DNA of 64,000 nt from Eledone cirrhosa. Lineage: Eukaryota. Below are positions 40,839-52,800 of this stretch, piece by piece. Within the stretch, counting starts at the first letter, position 1. Each line of letters opens with the position of its first letter. The translations under genes were made by a program, and so were the position numbers. The notes beneath the pieces are model-generated. The model did not search any database, was not told the DNA's origin, and saw only the letters and a list, made by a program, of their open reading frames with translations. The stretch is from assembly GCA_964016885.1 (NCBI GenBank), contig OZ024752.1, positions 29,078,001 to 29,142,000 on the forward strand, written 5' to 3'.

Positions 40839-43800
40839 ATGTCGAGTCACTCTTGAGTGCTACTGGTAACGTGTAACCCAGTACAACCTGTCGCATGGTC
40901 GGGTCGTCGGTGACTAAACCGGCAACCCCACCAAGTTTACTTGGTGAGGAGGGTGACTTTGGACACCTTGCAGGACAAAAAACAAAACCTGACAAAGGGC
41001 GGAAGAACTCATAAGGGTCAATGGCCATCCAAAAGTGTATAAATATGTATACACATATGTACATATGTATGTATATGTATAAACATGGGTGCATGTGTAT
41101 GTATATGCGCGGGGACATAGAAATAGTCGGGCTGACACCCGATTGCACGGTTAAACCACGGAGTGAAGGACCCCTAGCCTTTGTCAGGGCATTCTTCTAG
41201 GAGAAGGCAACTCAGGAAACTGGGATAACTCCGATATAAAACCTGCGGCTCAGTAGTTACCGATGATGTTGATCTCTTCTTCTTTTCGGGTTATAGCTAC
41301 TGTCGCTCAGAGAGTGGGATTGGCTCAGTGCACAGTCTTTCCTCACTTTAAAAAATATCTTCACGCACCACTCACTGTAAATGAGGTTGGTGTTAGGAAG
41401 GGCATCCAGCTGTAGAAATCAAGCCAGAATCGGTTCCCGTCCCAACCTTGCAAGCAGGGAAAAGCAGACGTAAAATGATGATGATGATATATATATACAT
41501 ATATATCATCATCATCATCATTTGATATACATATACATATATATATATATAGACACATATATATATATATATATATCATCATCATACGTCCGCTTTTTCC
41601 AGCTTGCATGGGTGGGATGGATCCTATTCAGCACAGCATCTCTCAACTTGTCACGGTCCTTCATCATCTCCTCCATGAGCTTCAGCGATCTGAGGTCTGC
41701 TCTCACCACCTCCGTCCATTATTTTTGTGGTCTTCCTTCTACTGGGATTTCTTGGCACTTCTTTACCCAGCGGTCATCCTCCATGCGCATCATATGTCCG
41801 TACCATCTCAGTCTTCTCTCTCGCACACCACAACTTATCCCTATTATACACAGTTTCTCTCCCATCTCATCTATGCTTGGTCGTTGCACGCACATTGACA
41901 TTGCACATCCAACAGAGCATGCTTGCTTCATTTCTCTCCAGTCGTCGCATATCCTCTGTAGTTGCTGGCCATGTCTCACAAGCAGCATCGGGCATCTCAC
42001 ACAGGCATCATATAACCAGCCTTTTGTATGCAGGGAGAAATCCTTCTTTGTCAACAGAGGAAGCAGCTCCATAAACTTCTTCCAACCCGTCCTTATTCTA
42101 GATACTATGGCCTCGGAACACCACGCTAATCTGATCACCTAGGTACTGGAAGCTATCAACCACTTCTATAGAACCCACCTGCATTTGAAAGATGTGTCTA
42201 TCACTGATTACTAGTGTCAACTTTCCCTGTACATCTGCGGCATACGTAGTTTTCCCTACCTGTTAGTTTGCCTGCTATCCCACTACATCTCTTGTGTACC
42301 CAAGATCTGCATTGCGTACATTTTATAGAATTTATGCCAGTTCCTTTTCAACATATCGAACATGGCCATTTATTTCCCTGATGGAATCATAGTTTTGTCC
42401 TCTTTTCTACTTATTAAGACTTGTGTCTTAGCTATGTTCACTCTCAGTCCTCTTGAGTCCAACTGCTGTTTCCATAGCCAGAATTTATTCTCTAGCTCCT
42501 CTACTGATTCTGCTATAAGAACTAGATCATCAGCATAGAGAAGTTCCCATGGGCTGCCAGTCTTAAACTCTTCTGTTATGGCTCGGAGGACTATAATGAA
42601 CAAGAGCAGGCTGAGGACCGAACCCTGATGTACTCCTACTTGTATCTGGAATTCCTCACTAAACTCCATTCCTACTCTCACTTTACTGACAACACCTCTG
42701 TACATAGCTTGCACTGTCCTCACAAGCCATTCCTCTATACCCAGTTTCCTTAGAGACCACCAGATGACAGATCGATGTACCCTATCAAAGGCCTTCTCTA
42801 GGTCAACAAAAGCTAAGTATAGTGGATTATTCTTCTCTAAGAACCTCTCTTGTAGTTGTGCTCACTAAGAGGGCATCTGTTGTACTTTTCCCAGGCACAA
42901 AACCAAACTGCATCTCATCTAATTTGACCCTTTCTCTAATCAGTTGCGCTAATATTCTCTCTGCCACTTTCATAACCTGATCCATCAGCTTTATGCCCCT
43001 ATAATTGCTCCTCTCTAGAGCATCCCCTTTACCTTTGTAGCAATTTAAGAGAATACTGCTTGCCCAGTCTTTGGGTATGACACCGCCATATATAGCTTGA
43101 TTGATGATGCCTGCAACTAGTTTAGTGCCTACTTCTCCTGATGCCTTCAGCATCTCAGCAACTATCCCCGCCGGTCTGGCGGCCTTACCATTTTTCATTT
43201 CCTTAATTGCCTCTTGGACCCTATATTCATCAATCTCAAAAGCTGGTCCCTCTGTCGAGTCTACAGGGGGTAATTTCTCTCTCCCATTCGTTCTCCACAT
43301 TCATCAGTCTCTCATAATGACATTTCCAGGCCTCCTTTTTCTGATCATTCGTGATGTAGTGACCTACATTCCGCGGGTTCACATACATTCTCTGTGCGTG
43401 ATTTGGCTCAGTTCAGCCAATCAGCGCCAGTAGAAGAGGATGTATCCCTACGCGCCCTGAGGAAGAAATTCACCGCGAAGATTTGAAGAATCTCGCTCTT
43501 GTACCAGAAACTTTGAGCCAGCAACACGCATAATGTAACAGTGAGATATTGCACCACTAGCCTCGCCGGCTTAACGCGCAATGGCACATTCCATTTGGTA
43601 ACCTCTTTGTATCTGTAACTTCAACCATATAAATAAACAAACATTTCATCTCTAATTACTGCGGTTGAAGTCGTTGTTATGTTACTCGTGTCTCCATGAC
43701 ATCTTTAATCCATGCTGCTGGAATTGGCGACCTGACGAAAGGAATATTGTAAATAGATGGTAAATAGATCGAGGGACCTTCCCTCACGTCTATGTCAACA

Positions 43801-46800
43801 AGATAATCCAACGAGGATACTATCACTTACCACACTGGCAACTAACGACCACTGATTCTACCACCCCGCTAAAGTGGCGACTACTCTACAACTAATACTG
43901 CTAAAGTGGTGACCGACGTAAGAATATCACGCAGCCCTTCTTATTCATTCAGTTTAACTTTTATTGCCACGTCGCAACTTGCGAAAATCCAGAATATTCC
44001 TTTTAAGATTTTTGAAAAATTAGCAGTATTTCAAAAACTTTTTCGCCACGAAAAAAATTTCAAGATGGCTACCGACATGTCATGGCTACGCTTGACAACA
44101 ACAATGACAGCAGCGGCGACAGCGTTGTTTAACCACTGACCAATACAGGGAACAGTGAGTTGCAGCTTCATAACCTTACCGACGCCAACCACCACACATC
44201 GGAAATTTCAAAACGGCTTGTAACTTTACCGACGCAACCACCATACCTTCTGTCTCGTTACCACAGGGACGCGAGAAATTGAGACAGTAGTTTTCTCACC
44301 ATTATGGCGTCAGACGTGACTGCCATATTTGGTGACTCCTACTCTACAGAAGATTCTTTGACTTTGCTTTAACAAGAAGCAACACAACCGTGTGGCGGGA
44401 CGGGAAAATGGCCACGAAATCTCACAAAAACACCATACATCTAACCCCTAACGGCATTAACAAACTTCTTTTTCAGTTTTCAGATAGAACTAGTGTCTGT
44501 ACACTGGTGATGTGTGAACTATTTTACTTTGAAAAACTTTGAACTTATTGAGCAATTTCTCTGCTCCCCTAGATTGACTTTGAATTATCAGTTTGTTACA
44601 TTCACATATTTCTTTGTAGAATGCATTTACTTGTTTTGTGCTCTTTTGCTATTTGCTTGCTCATGGTTTTTGTTCATTCACATTCTTTGCTGTTTTACAT
44701 GCCTGCATATGCACACATTTTTTTTATCACACACCAACATGTTCTTGGTATATGTTCTTCAAACGTAATATTCTGCGAGTCCCTTTTCACCTGGTTGAGA
44801 TGCTGTCACATGCTAGCAGCTCACAGAGCTTAATCCACTGGATTCAAACAGGCACCGCAACACGAGAATACATTGCAGCTGAACTCAAACAGCTTCGCAT
44901 CTCGTTGCACACTGATCGTCCATGACGGCCATCCGTCTTGTTGTTTTTGCCCGACTCGCTGGGAAAGCAACAAATTGAACTGGACTTGTTAGCATTTCGG
45001 CCACTTCTGTAGATTCGCCCGAATTATGGAATTTACACTGCAACCCACCTACAGATTAAACTTGCCTTTTGTTCTTTACAAAGCAACCAGCCATTTTTTC
45101 CTGGCTCCACAGCACATTCGACAATACATCTGGGGGCCAGCACTGGTAAACTACCATAATAGCTTCGTTCACAGCTACTGGTACAACGCTTACCATTAAC
45201 ATTTAATGCAAGAACAGCAACTTCGCCCATGTCAGACTTTATCCGTTTTTTGTTAGACCCTTGGCGGTCACGTATAAACAACAAAACAACTGGTCATTTG
45301 ACACAGCGGCTCAACACGGCCCGTAGCGCCTCATTTTTTGTTCTTGCATGCAACCTTCTGCTCAATTATTTTTTTCACTGATGTGCTCTTTCAGCATTTG
45401 TTCTTGCTGATTTAATATGTGAGTCCTTGGTTTCTTCGTTATCGATTTTCGGCTGAAAATCTGGTTGGAGGTGATGTAGTGACCTACATTCCGCGGGCTC
45501 ACATACATTCTCTGTGCGTGATTTGGCTCAGTTCAGCCAATCAGCGCCAGTAGAAGAGGATGTATCCCTACGCGCCCTGAGGAAGAAATTCACCGCGAAG
45601 ATTTGAAGAATCTCGCTCTTGTACCAGAAACTTTGAGCCAGCAACACGCATAATGTAACAGTGAGATATTGCACCACTAGCCTCGCCGGCTTAACGCGCA
45701 ATGGCACATTCCATTTGGTAACCTCTTTGTATCTGTAACTTCAACCATATAAATAAACAAACATTTCATCTCTAATTACTGCGGTTGAAGTCGTTGTTAT
45801 GTTACTCGTGTCTCCATGACATCTTTAATCCATGCTGCTGGAATTGGCGACCTGACGAAAGGAATATTGTAAATAGATGGTAAATAGATCGAGGGACCTT
45901 CCCTCACGTCTATGTCAACAAGATGATCCAACGAGAGCAACTATCCCCGCCGGTCTGGCGGCCTTACCATTTTTCATTTCCTTAATTGCCTCTTGGACCC
46001 TATATTCATCAATCTCAATAGCTGGTCCCTCTGTCGAGTCTACAGGGGGTAATTTCTCTCTCCCATTCGTTCTCCACATTCATCAGTCTCTCATAATGAC
46101 ATTTCCAGGCCTCCTTTTTCTGATCATTCGTGACATTAAGTACACCAACATCATTCCAGACACACTTATCTCCAACAGTATCCTGATTTGCACTGACACA
46201 CTGCATTGATTCAAATATATATATATATATATATATATAAAATTTAATATAGAAATACCTTCTACAGGACTAGAACTGTTTCATTTGATATAAACCATCA
46301 GGCTTTCCTGATGATTTCTTTCGAATGAAACAGTTCTAGTCCTGTAGAAGCCATTTCTATATTAAATTTTGTACATACTCTACTAATGTATTGAGTACTT
46401 CACTTACTGTTGTTACCCCTGATTGAACCCGGGACTCATCATCATCATCATTTTGAATTAATATTCTACTATAGATAGAGTTTAGAAAGATACTCTCTTG
46501 GGGTGATTTGGGTTAATTATTTATTGATGGATGTATAAGATTAGAAATACTCATACAATTTCCATTTATTACATTTGTATTAAATAAATTTTAACTGATT
46601 GATGTATTTTTCTTTTTCACGTAAATCCTGATTGGGTCGTAGGGGCACTTTTATTGACATATGGCATTTCTTGGGCATTTTTTAAACCTGGCAGAGCCCA
46701 ATCCTCTCCAGGCCTGAATACAGCAGATTTCATCCAGAGAAAGATAGAAAATGTGAGAGAGGAAGTGAGAAAGAGATATAGAGGAAGAATCTATCTCAGT

Positions 46801-49800
46801 ACTAGACTAGTACTTTTTTTTATCAACCTTAAAAGGATGAAAAGCAAAGTTGACCTAGGCAGGATTTGAACTCAGAGAGCCAGAATGAATATCATAAAGC
46901 ACTCTGTCTGACATTCTAACAACTCTGCCAATTCACCACCATCATCGATGTATACAGTGCATTAAAACTGATTTGATTAGATTTTCATGTCCAAACTGGT
47001 TTTCTAGAGTGAATAGACAAATCAGTATGAGTGTGACATGTTGAATTAGCAATTATATATTCCTAATCTTTCTACTCAGATAGTGTTTGTACTTAAAGTC
47101 TAATACTAAAAATGTAATATTGTGTTGTATATTAAAAAAAATTATTTCTTAACCCTTTCATAGCCATATTTCTAATGAAACTCCATTTCAATTAATTAAT
47201 GTAGAATTTTGAGGGATTTGCTAAAATTATTAATTATTTCATTACTGTGATAGTAACTTAATGTAAGGTTCTTATATAAAATTATGCTGGAAGATTTTAA
47301 TTTAAATTGGAAACTTTTAACCCCTAGGCATTTGAACCGCCTGTATTCAGCCAGAATTCCCTCACATTTTTCTGTTCAAACCTGCCGTAACTGGCCGCTG
47401 AACTGATGTTAAGGTATTGTTCTCAAAATAAATAACATCAAAATCTCATAGATTCAATATCGTGTGAGATAATAATGTGAGAGAAAGCCTTTCTCACAGA
47501 AATATAATAGTATATATAGAGTAATGTAAATTCTAAAGGATTAAAATGGGTGATATTTATTTCATAGAACCAGAGCTGGTTTTGGCCAGATTGGTAACAA
47601 AAGAGTTAATGTAAATTATCAATTTCCTATTTTGTAGATTCAACGTCACGTTGGTTACTGTCCTCAATTTGATGCTTTGATTGAATGTATGACTGCTCGG
47701 GAAATTTTAAAAATGTTTGCTTTGATACGAGGTATCCCACCAAAGAAAATTACAAAGACAGTTGATGATCTGATTGAAGAGTTAATGCTACAAAAATATG
47801 CTAATAAACAGGTGAAAACATACAGGTGAGTTTTTGTTGTTTTTTTTTTAAAGATATTATGATCATCTTACATACGGATAGCCAAGACTGGATTCACTAA
47901 GTAAAATAAGTACATGCTTAGCACTTCAAGGGAAGAGGGGTACAGCATTTTGTATTTTTATTTAAATTAAATGTATGTTGTCATTCTCCATCAAAAGATG
48001 TTTGGTGATATTAAAATAGAGAATTAGTAACTTAGCCATTAGATTATGAGTCTCAATGGCCAGATCTATCTATTTACAGCACATAATTCTGATATATCAA
48101 ATAACTGATGAAGCGTTAGAATATTAAGTTTGTTAAATTTAGAACTAGGAAAATATTGTTTTTATTTAGGACACTTCACTGAGCCGTGTGAAATTACAAA
48201 GAGTATTTTATTGATATTTTAGTGACAATACAATTTGTATAACCCTTTAGCATTTAAACCGGCCATATCCGGCCAGAATTCTCTCACCTCTTCCTGTTCA
48301 AACCAGCTGTAACCTGCCCCTCATACTGATGTTTAGGTATTGTTCTCAAAATAAATAATATCAAAATCTCATAGATTCAATATTATGTAAGATATTTATG
48401 TGGGGTAAAGCCTTTACCATGAAAATATGATAGTATATATAGAGTAGTGTAAATATTAAAGGGATAAGGAATTAGACTATGTAGATGTATACAGTACTAA
48501 AAAAAAGAAGAAAAAAGGATAGGGAGAATAATAAAGAAGTTAAAAGGATGGAGACACACTTAATCACACACCACAATAAAGGATCCTGGTGCATCAATTG
48601 TTAAGGCAAGCCAACACACTCACAGCATTGTCGCAGGTGATAGCAGGGCTAAGGTGCCGGAATAACCAATCACTCTCATGGGAATCGCCTGATACCTAGT
48701 TAAAGCAAGCCATCAATGATGACAAGAACTTCATTGTTAGTGAGCCAGCTCTCCCAAAACGTCTTGAATACCACAAGCTGGAAAAAAACAGTTTGCTCCA
48801 ACACCCCTTGTGGGGGTGTGTGATTGAGTGTGCTGAATATATCTTCTTCTTTGTCCACTTATTCCTGAGAAGGTCGTGGGGGCAGAGTCCTCAAACACTC
48901 CTTCCAGTGGGTCTTGTCAGAAGCAACTGTCTCCAACTGATTTGGCTGGATACCCAAGCGAGACCAGCCTAGGTTATCCAACCATCTTGCTCAGGGTCTA
49001 CCTCTGGGTCTCTTGCTGGTAGGGTTTTGCCCGTAAAATCTGTCCAGTAATACTTTCCTGAGACATTCTAACCACATTCCCATAGTATATTGGAGCTGTG
49101 ATCTCTCAATTCAGTGAAGTACTGGCTTACCTGGAGTGACACTCTGATCTCTGAGCTACACACTTTATTGAGTAACGTTACTCCAAAGACTGTTTGGAGG
49201 AATCTCATTTTGGCCGCTTGTATTCGCTTGTATTCTTGTGTATATCTGATTTAGCATTATATATATATCTGCTTAATCTTTATTCCTTATATAAATTGTA
49301 TGGACAATGTGATATTAATAAAATACTCCTTTATTTAACCTGAAGTAAATGAAATGTTAGGTCAATCCATGAGTAATTTTAATGTTTTTAACAAATTCTC
49401 TTTGTATGACACAGCGGTGGAAATAAAAGGAAATTAAGTACAGCCGTGGCTTTAATTGGTGATCCACCTGTTGTCTTATTGGATGAACCTACTACTGGTA
49501 TGGATCCTGGTACCAGACGTAATCTATGGAATACTCTTATAAAAGTGAGGGATACTGGCCGCACATTAATTTTGACATCACACAGGTAATTATTATCTCT
49601 TCTTTAAGAAAATAAATATAGATTGTTAGAAATATAACATACCAAACTAATGTTATCTTAGATTCTTGACATTGACTCAATTGATCTCCACGTGGGTCTG
49701 TCGTTCATTGCCATTGCTAAGTCCTGGATTTCAATACCAGAATCGGGATAGGAGAGCTTGCGCTCCCTGTTATTAGTGACTGCCTGTGATTTCCAAGGCA

Positions 49801-52800
49801 CTAATGGGGACACAGCCTCAGAGGTGGCACGATGGCATTGGCCAGCAAATCTTACTCTCCTTTTACATACAACAACATACATACAATAACAGATATGCAT
49901 GGGAGGCCGGCATATATTTCTTTCAAAGTCAGATGTCACCAGCTTATGTTCTGAATGCATCGAAGTAGACCAGTGTAGGTTCCATCAAGGCACTTTTGAT
50001 GTTTGGATGAAAGTGTCCATGTTTCACTTCCATATAGTAAAATTGGTTGAATTGTTCTTCATAATCCCTCTTAATATGCTTTTTTGCTTCAATAAAATCT
50101 CTTTATGCCTCAATAATATTTCATAATATTCTCTCAGAATAGCAAATATAAGAGAATATCTTGTACAACACTGATGAGTTTTACAAGCTGACTTTGGAAT
50201 GAAAATTGATTAGACAGAAACTGCTGAAGCCTATTGTGTTTTTATATATATTATATTATATTATATTATATTATATAGATATATACATATATAGATATAG
50301 AACATCTTATACAAAATCACTTAATGAAGCCTTCTAGCTTTAGGTTGCTTAACTAAGGCTCTATGCCTAAGGAAAAATATTTGTGAAGTTTTCTTGGTTT
50401 AGATTACTTTACTAGGATCTACCCATCAGTGATTTTGTATAAGATGTTCATTTATGTATATGCTTCTCTGAATTAGATATATTTTAGCAATCTTTTCATT
50501 GCGATGTTATGTATATTGGTGTCTGTATATATATATGTAGAAGTTATATTTAATTTGTTGGGATTCCACCAAGCTTAAAAGTTTATAACTGACATAAAGC
50601 ACTCAACAAATTACTGGAGTAAATAGTCAATATATTAATAAATGGAAACTATATTTAGAAAACCATAATTATTTTATTATATATATTTCAAGGACAACCA
50701 AGGCATTCTTGGTGCGCTTTCATCAGATAAAATACAACATTTGTTTTATAAATATTGACATAACCGTGGAAAAAACAACCTTGACAGTTGAAATAATTAT
50801 GGTTTTATAAATATAGTTTCCATTTCTTAATATATTGTATATATATATATATATATCGAGCCAGCCGACTGCTCCATATGCAAATAAGGCTTATCAGCCC
50901 ATGTACATAGGCATGAAAACTATCTTTTTGCCTACATTGGATTCCAGCAGGGGGAGGAAGTATTGTCTTGATAATGACCATAGTCAGAAACAGTAGGCTG
51001 TTGGCAGATTACCCAGTCCTGCTTCCGCTAGAATCCACCTAATGGCATTAGCCATCAGCTTCCAAAATTCTTAGCTAAAAGGCTTTCAAATGTTTATTCG
51101 TAAACATATTGTATATCGTTAGCTATACAAATACACACCTATCTATCTATCTCTCTTTTTGTCTGACGTGTGAAACATCGCCGGTAAGTTTTTTGTTAAT
51201 TTCTATGCAAAAAAACCGATCTAATTGTTTGGAAAAATACAACACTTTGTAGATTAACCTCGAAGCTGAATTGTCAGCTGGGTGGTAATCCCATTTTTCG
51301 CCCCTGTAGGGGCGAAAATTTTATTTTAAAAATTTGCTTTAAAATATCAGATTTTACAAAGTAAAAAACTTGAGCAACACTAGAACGCTGGAGAACGTTA
51401 ATAGAGAAAAGAGAGAGAAAGAGGCAGATATTAACGTTATATCTGCTTCTACTACTATGGACGTTGCCATAGATACAACTGTCACAAAAGAAAAAAATAT
51501 ATCAACATTTGAAAATTTTAAAATTTCTACCGCCGAAGCGGAGAAAAATGACAATAACACACAGGAAAACACAGCAAAAAAACCCATTGACATACACACA
51601 TGAAAAAGACATCAACAACTCTACAGATACATCTACACATAAAGTTTCCAACAACGATAACATCATCATCAACAACAACACCACACAAAAAAAGAAAATG
51701 TCTTTCGCTGACACAGTGAACAAGAAACAAGATTTTATAAATCTTGATATCTCCAACGCAAGAGATATGCTCCAGCAAGGGAGAAAATTTGTAACTTTCG
51801 AAGAAAGAGGTGGGTTTAGAATTAACTCACCCCTTGAAATAAAGGAAGACACAAACCGCCGATCAGTCACTTTTAGGACTGTGTCAAATTCGTCAAGAAA
51901 GCCAACATTTGTTAATCAAGCAGATATAGAAGATTCTTTCAAGGAAATTCTAGCAAATGTCGATTTTCTTCAGCGAGGAAAACAGTACGGAAGTGTTTCC
52001 GTACTGTTTAAAAGCGAGGCACTCGCCCCAAAAAACTCTGTGACACCAATAGTGTCAAAAGCATACACCTTTTTCCCTACATACATGGGGAAAAGGACAC
52101 AAAAAATAAAAATAAAAAACATACCTCCAAGCATTAACATCTGGTGGATCTTGGCTGGCTTCGTAGAGCCAGAAACAGACATAATACTTTCGATACGAAA
52201 ATCTATTCGACAAAGGTGGGCGGGCACAGATTTGGAGATTCTGTTGCAAATGAAACCGGAGAGAATCTCCAAAATACCCGAAAGAGTCGTTATTGATAAT
52301 AACAACAAAATAAACATTTCGGTAGAAGGACGAAAATTTCATTGCTTTCGCTGTGGTAGCACATCTCACCTAAAAGCCTCTTGTCCACAAACACACAACA
52401 ACAACATCATAAAAAAAACGCTATTACCAACACCAACACCAAAACAACCACCACCACCACAAGTACAGAGACAGACGAAACAAGCAACCACACCAAAGCA
52501 AACAGACACTCAACCAACAACAACAGAAAAAACAGAGACAACACCCCTGAAGAACACATCCCCACTCCATCCCACTCCATCAAACACTACCACAAACACA
52601 CATACCAAAACACCACCACCACCACACAACATACCCTTACCCCACACACCTGACGATGATTATTCATCGACGGATGAAGCTGCTTCTCCTTCTTTAAGTG
52701 AAGAAGAGGGAGAACCGCGGAAATCTAAAAAACAAAAAAAGAGACACCACAAAACCCCCAAAACTCCAATCACCAACACCAACACACAACCACAGACACA

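Noticed and set aside
43450-43500. CTGAGGA...GAAG in the LTR as a retrozyme hammerhead
   Set aside because: Helix II and helix I do not pair and there is no GAAA at the right spacing.
50165-50225. CTGATGA...GAAAattgatta hammerhead-like motif
   Set aside because: Helix I cannot form; helix II is mostly wobble pairs.
50300-50449. 22-bp inverted repeat with CTGATGG on the minus strand
   Set aside because: The repeat is real, but the enclosed sequence gives no foldable ribozyme and cannot be classified.
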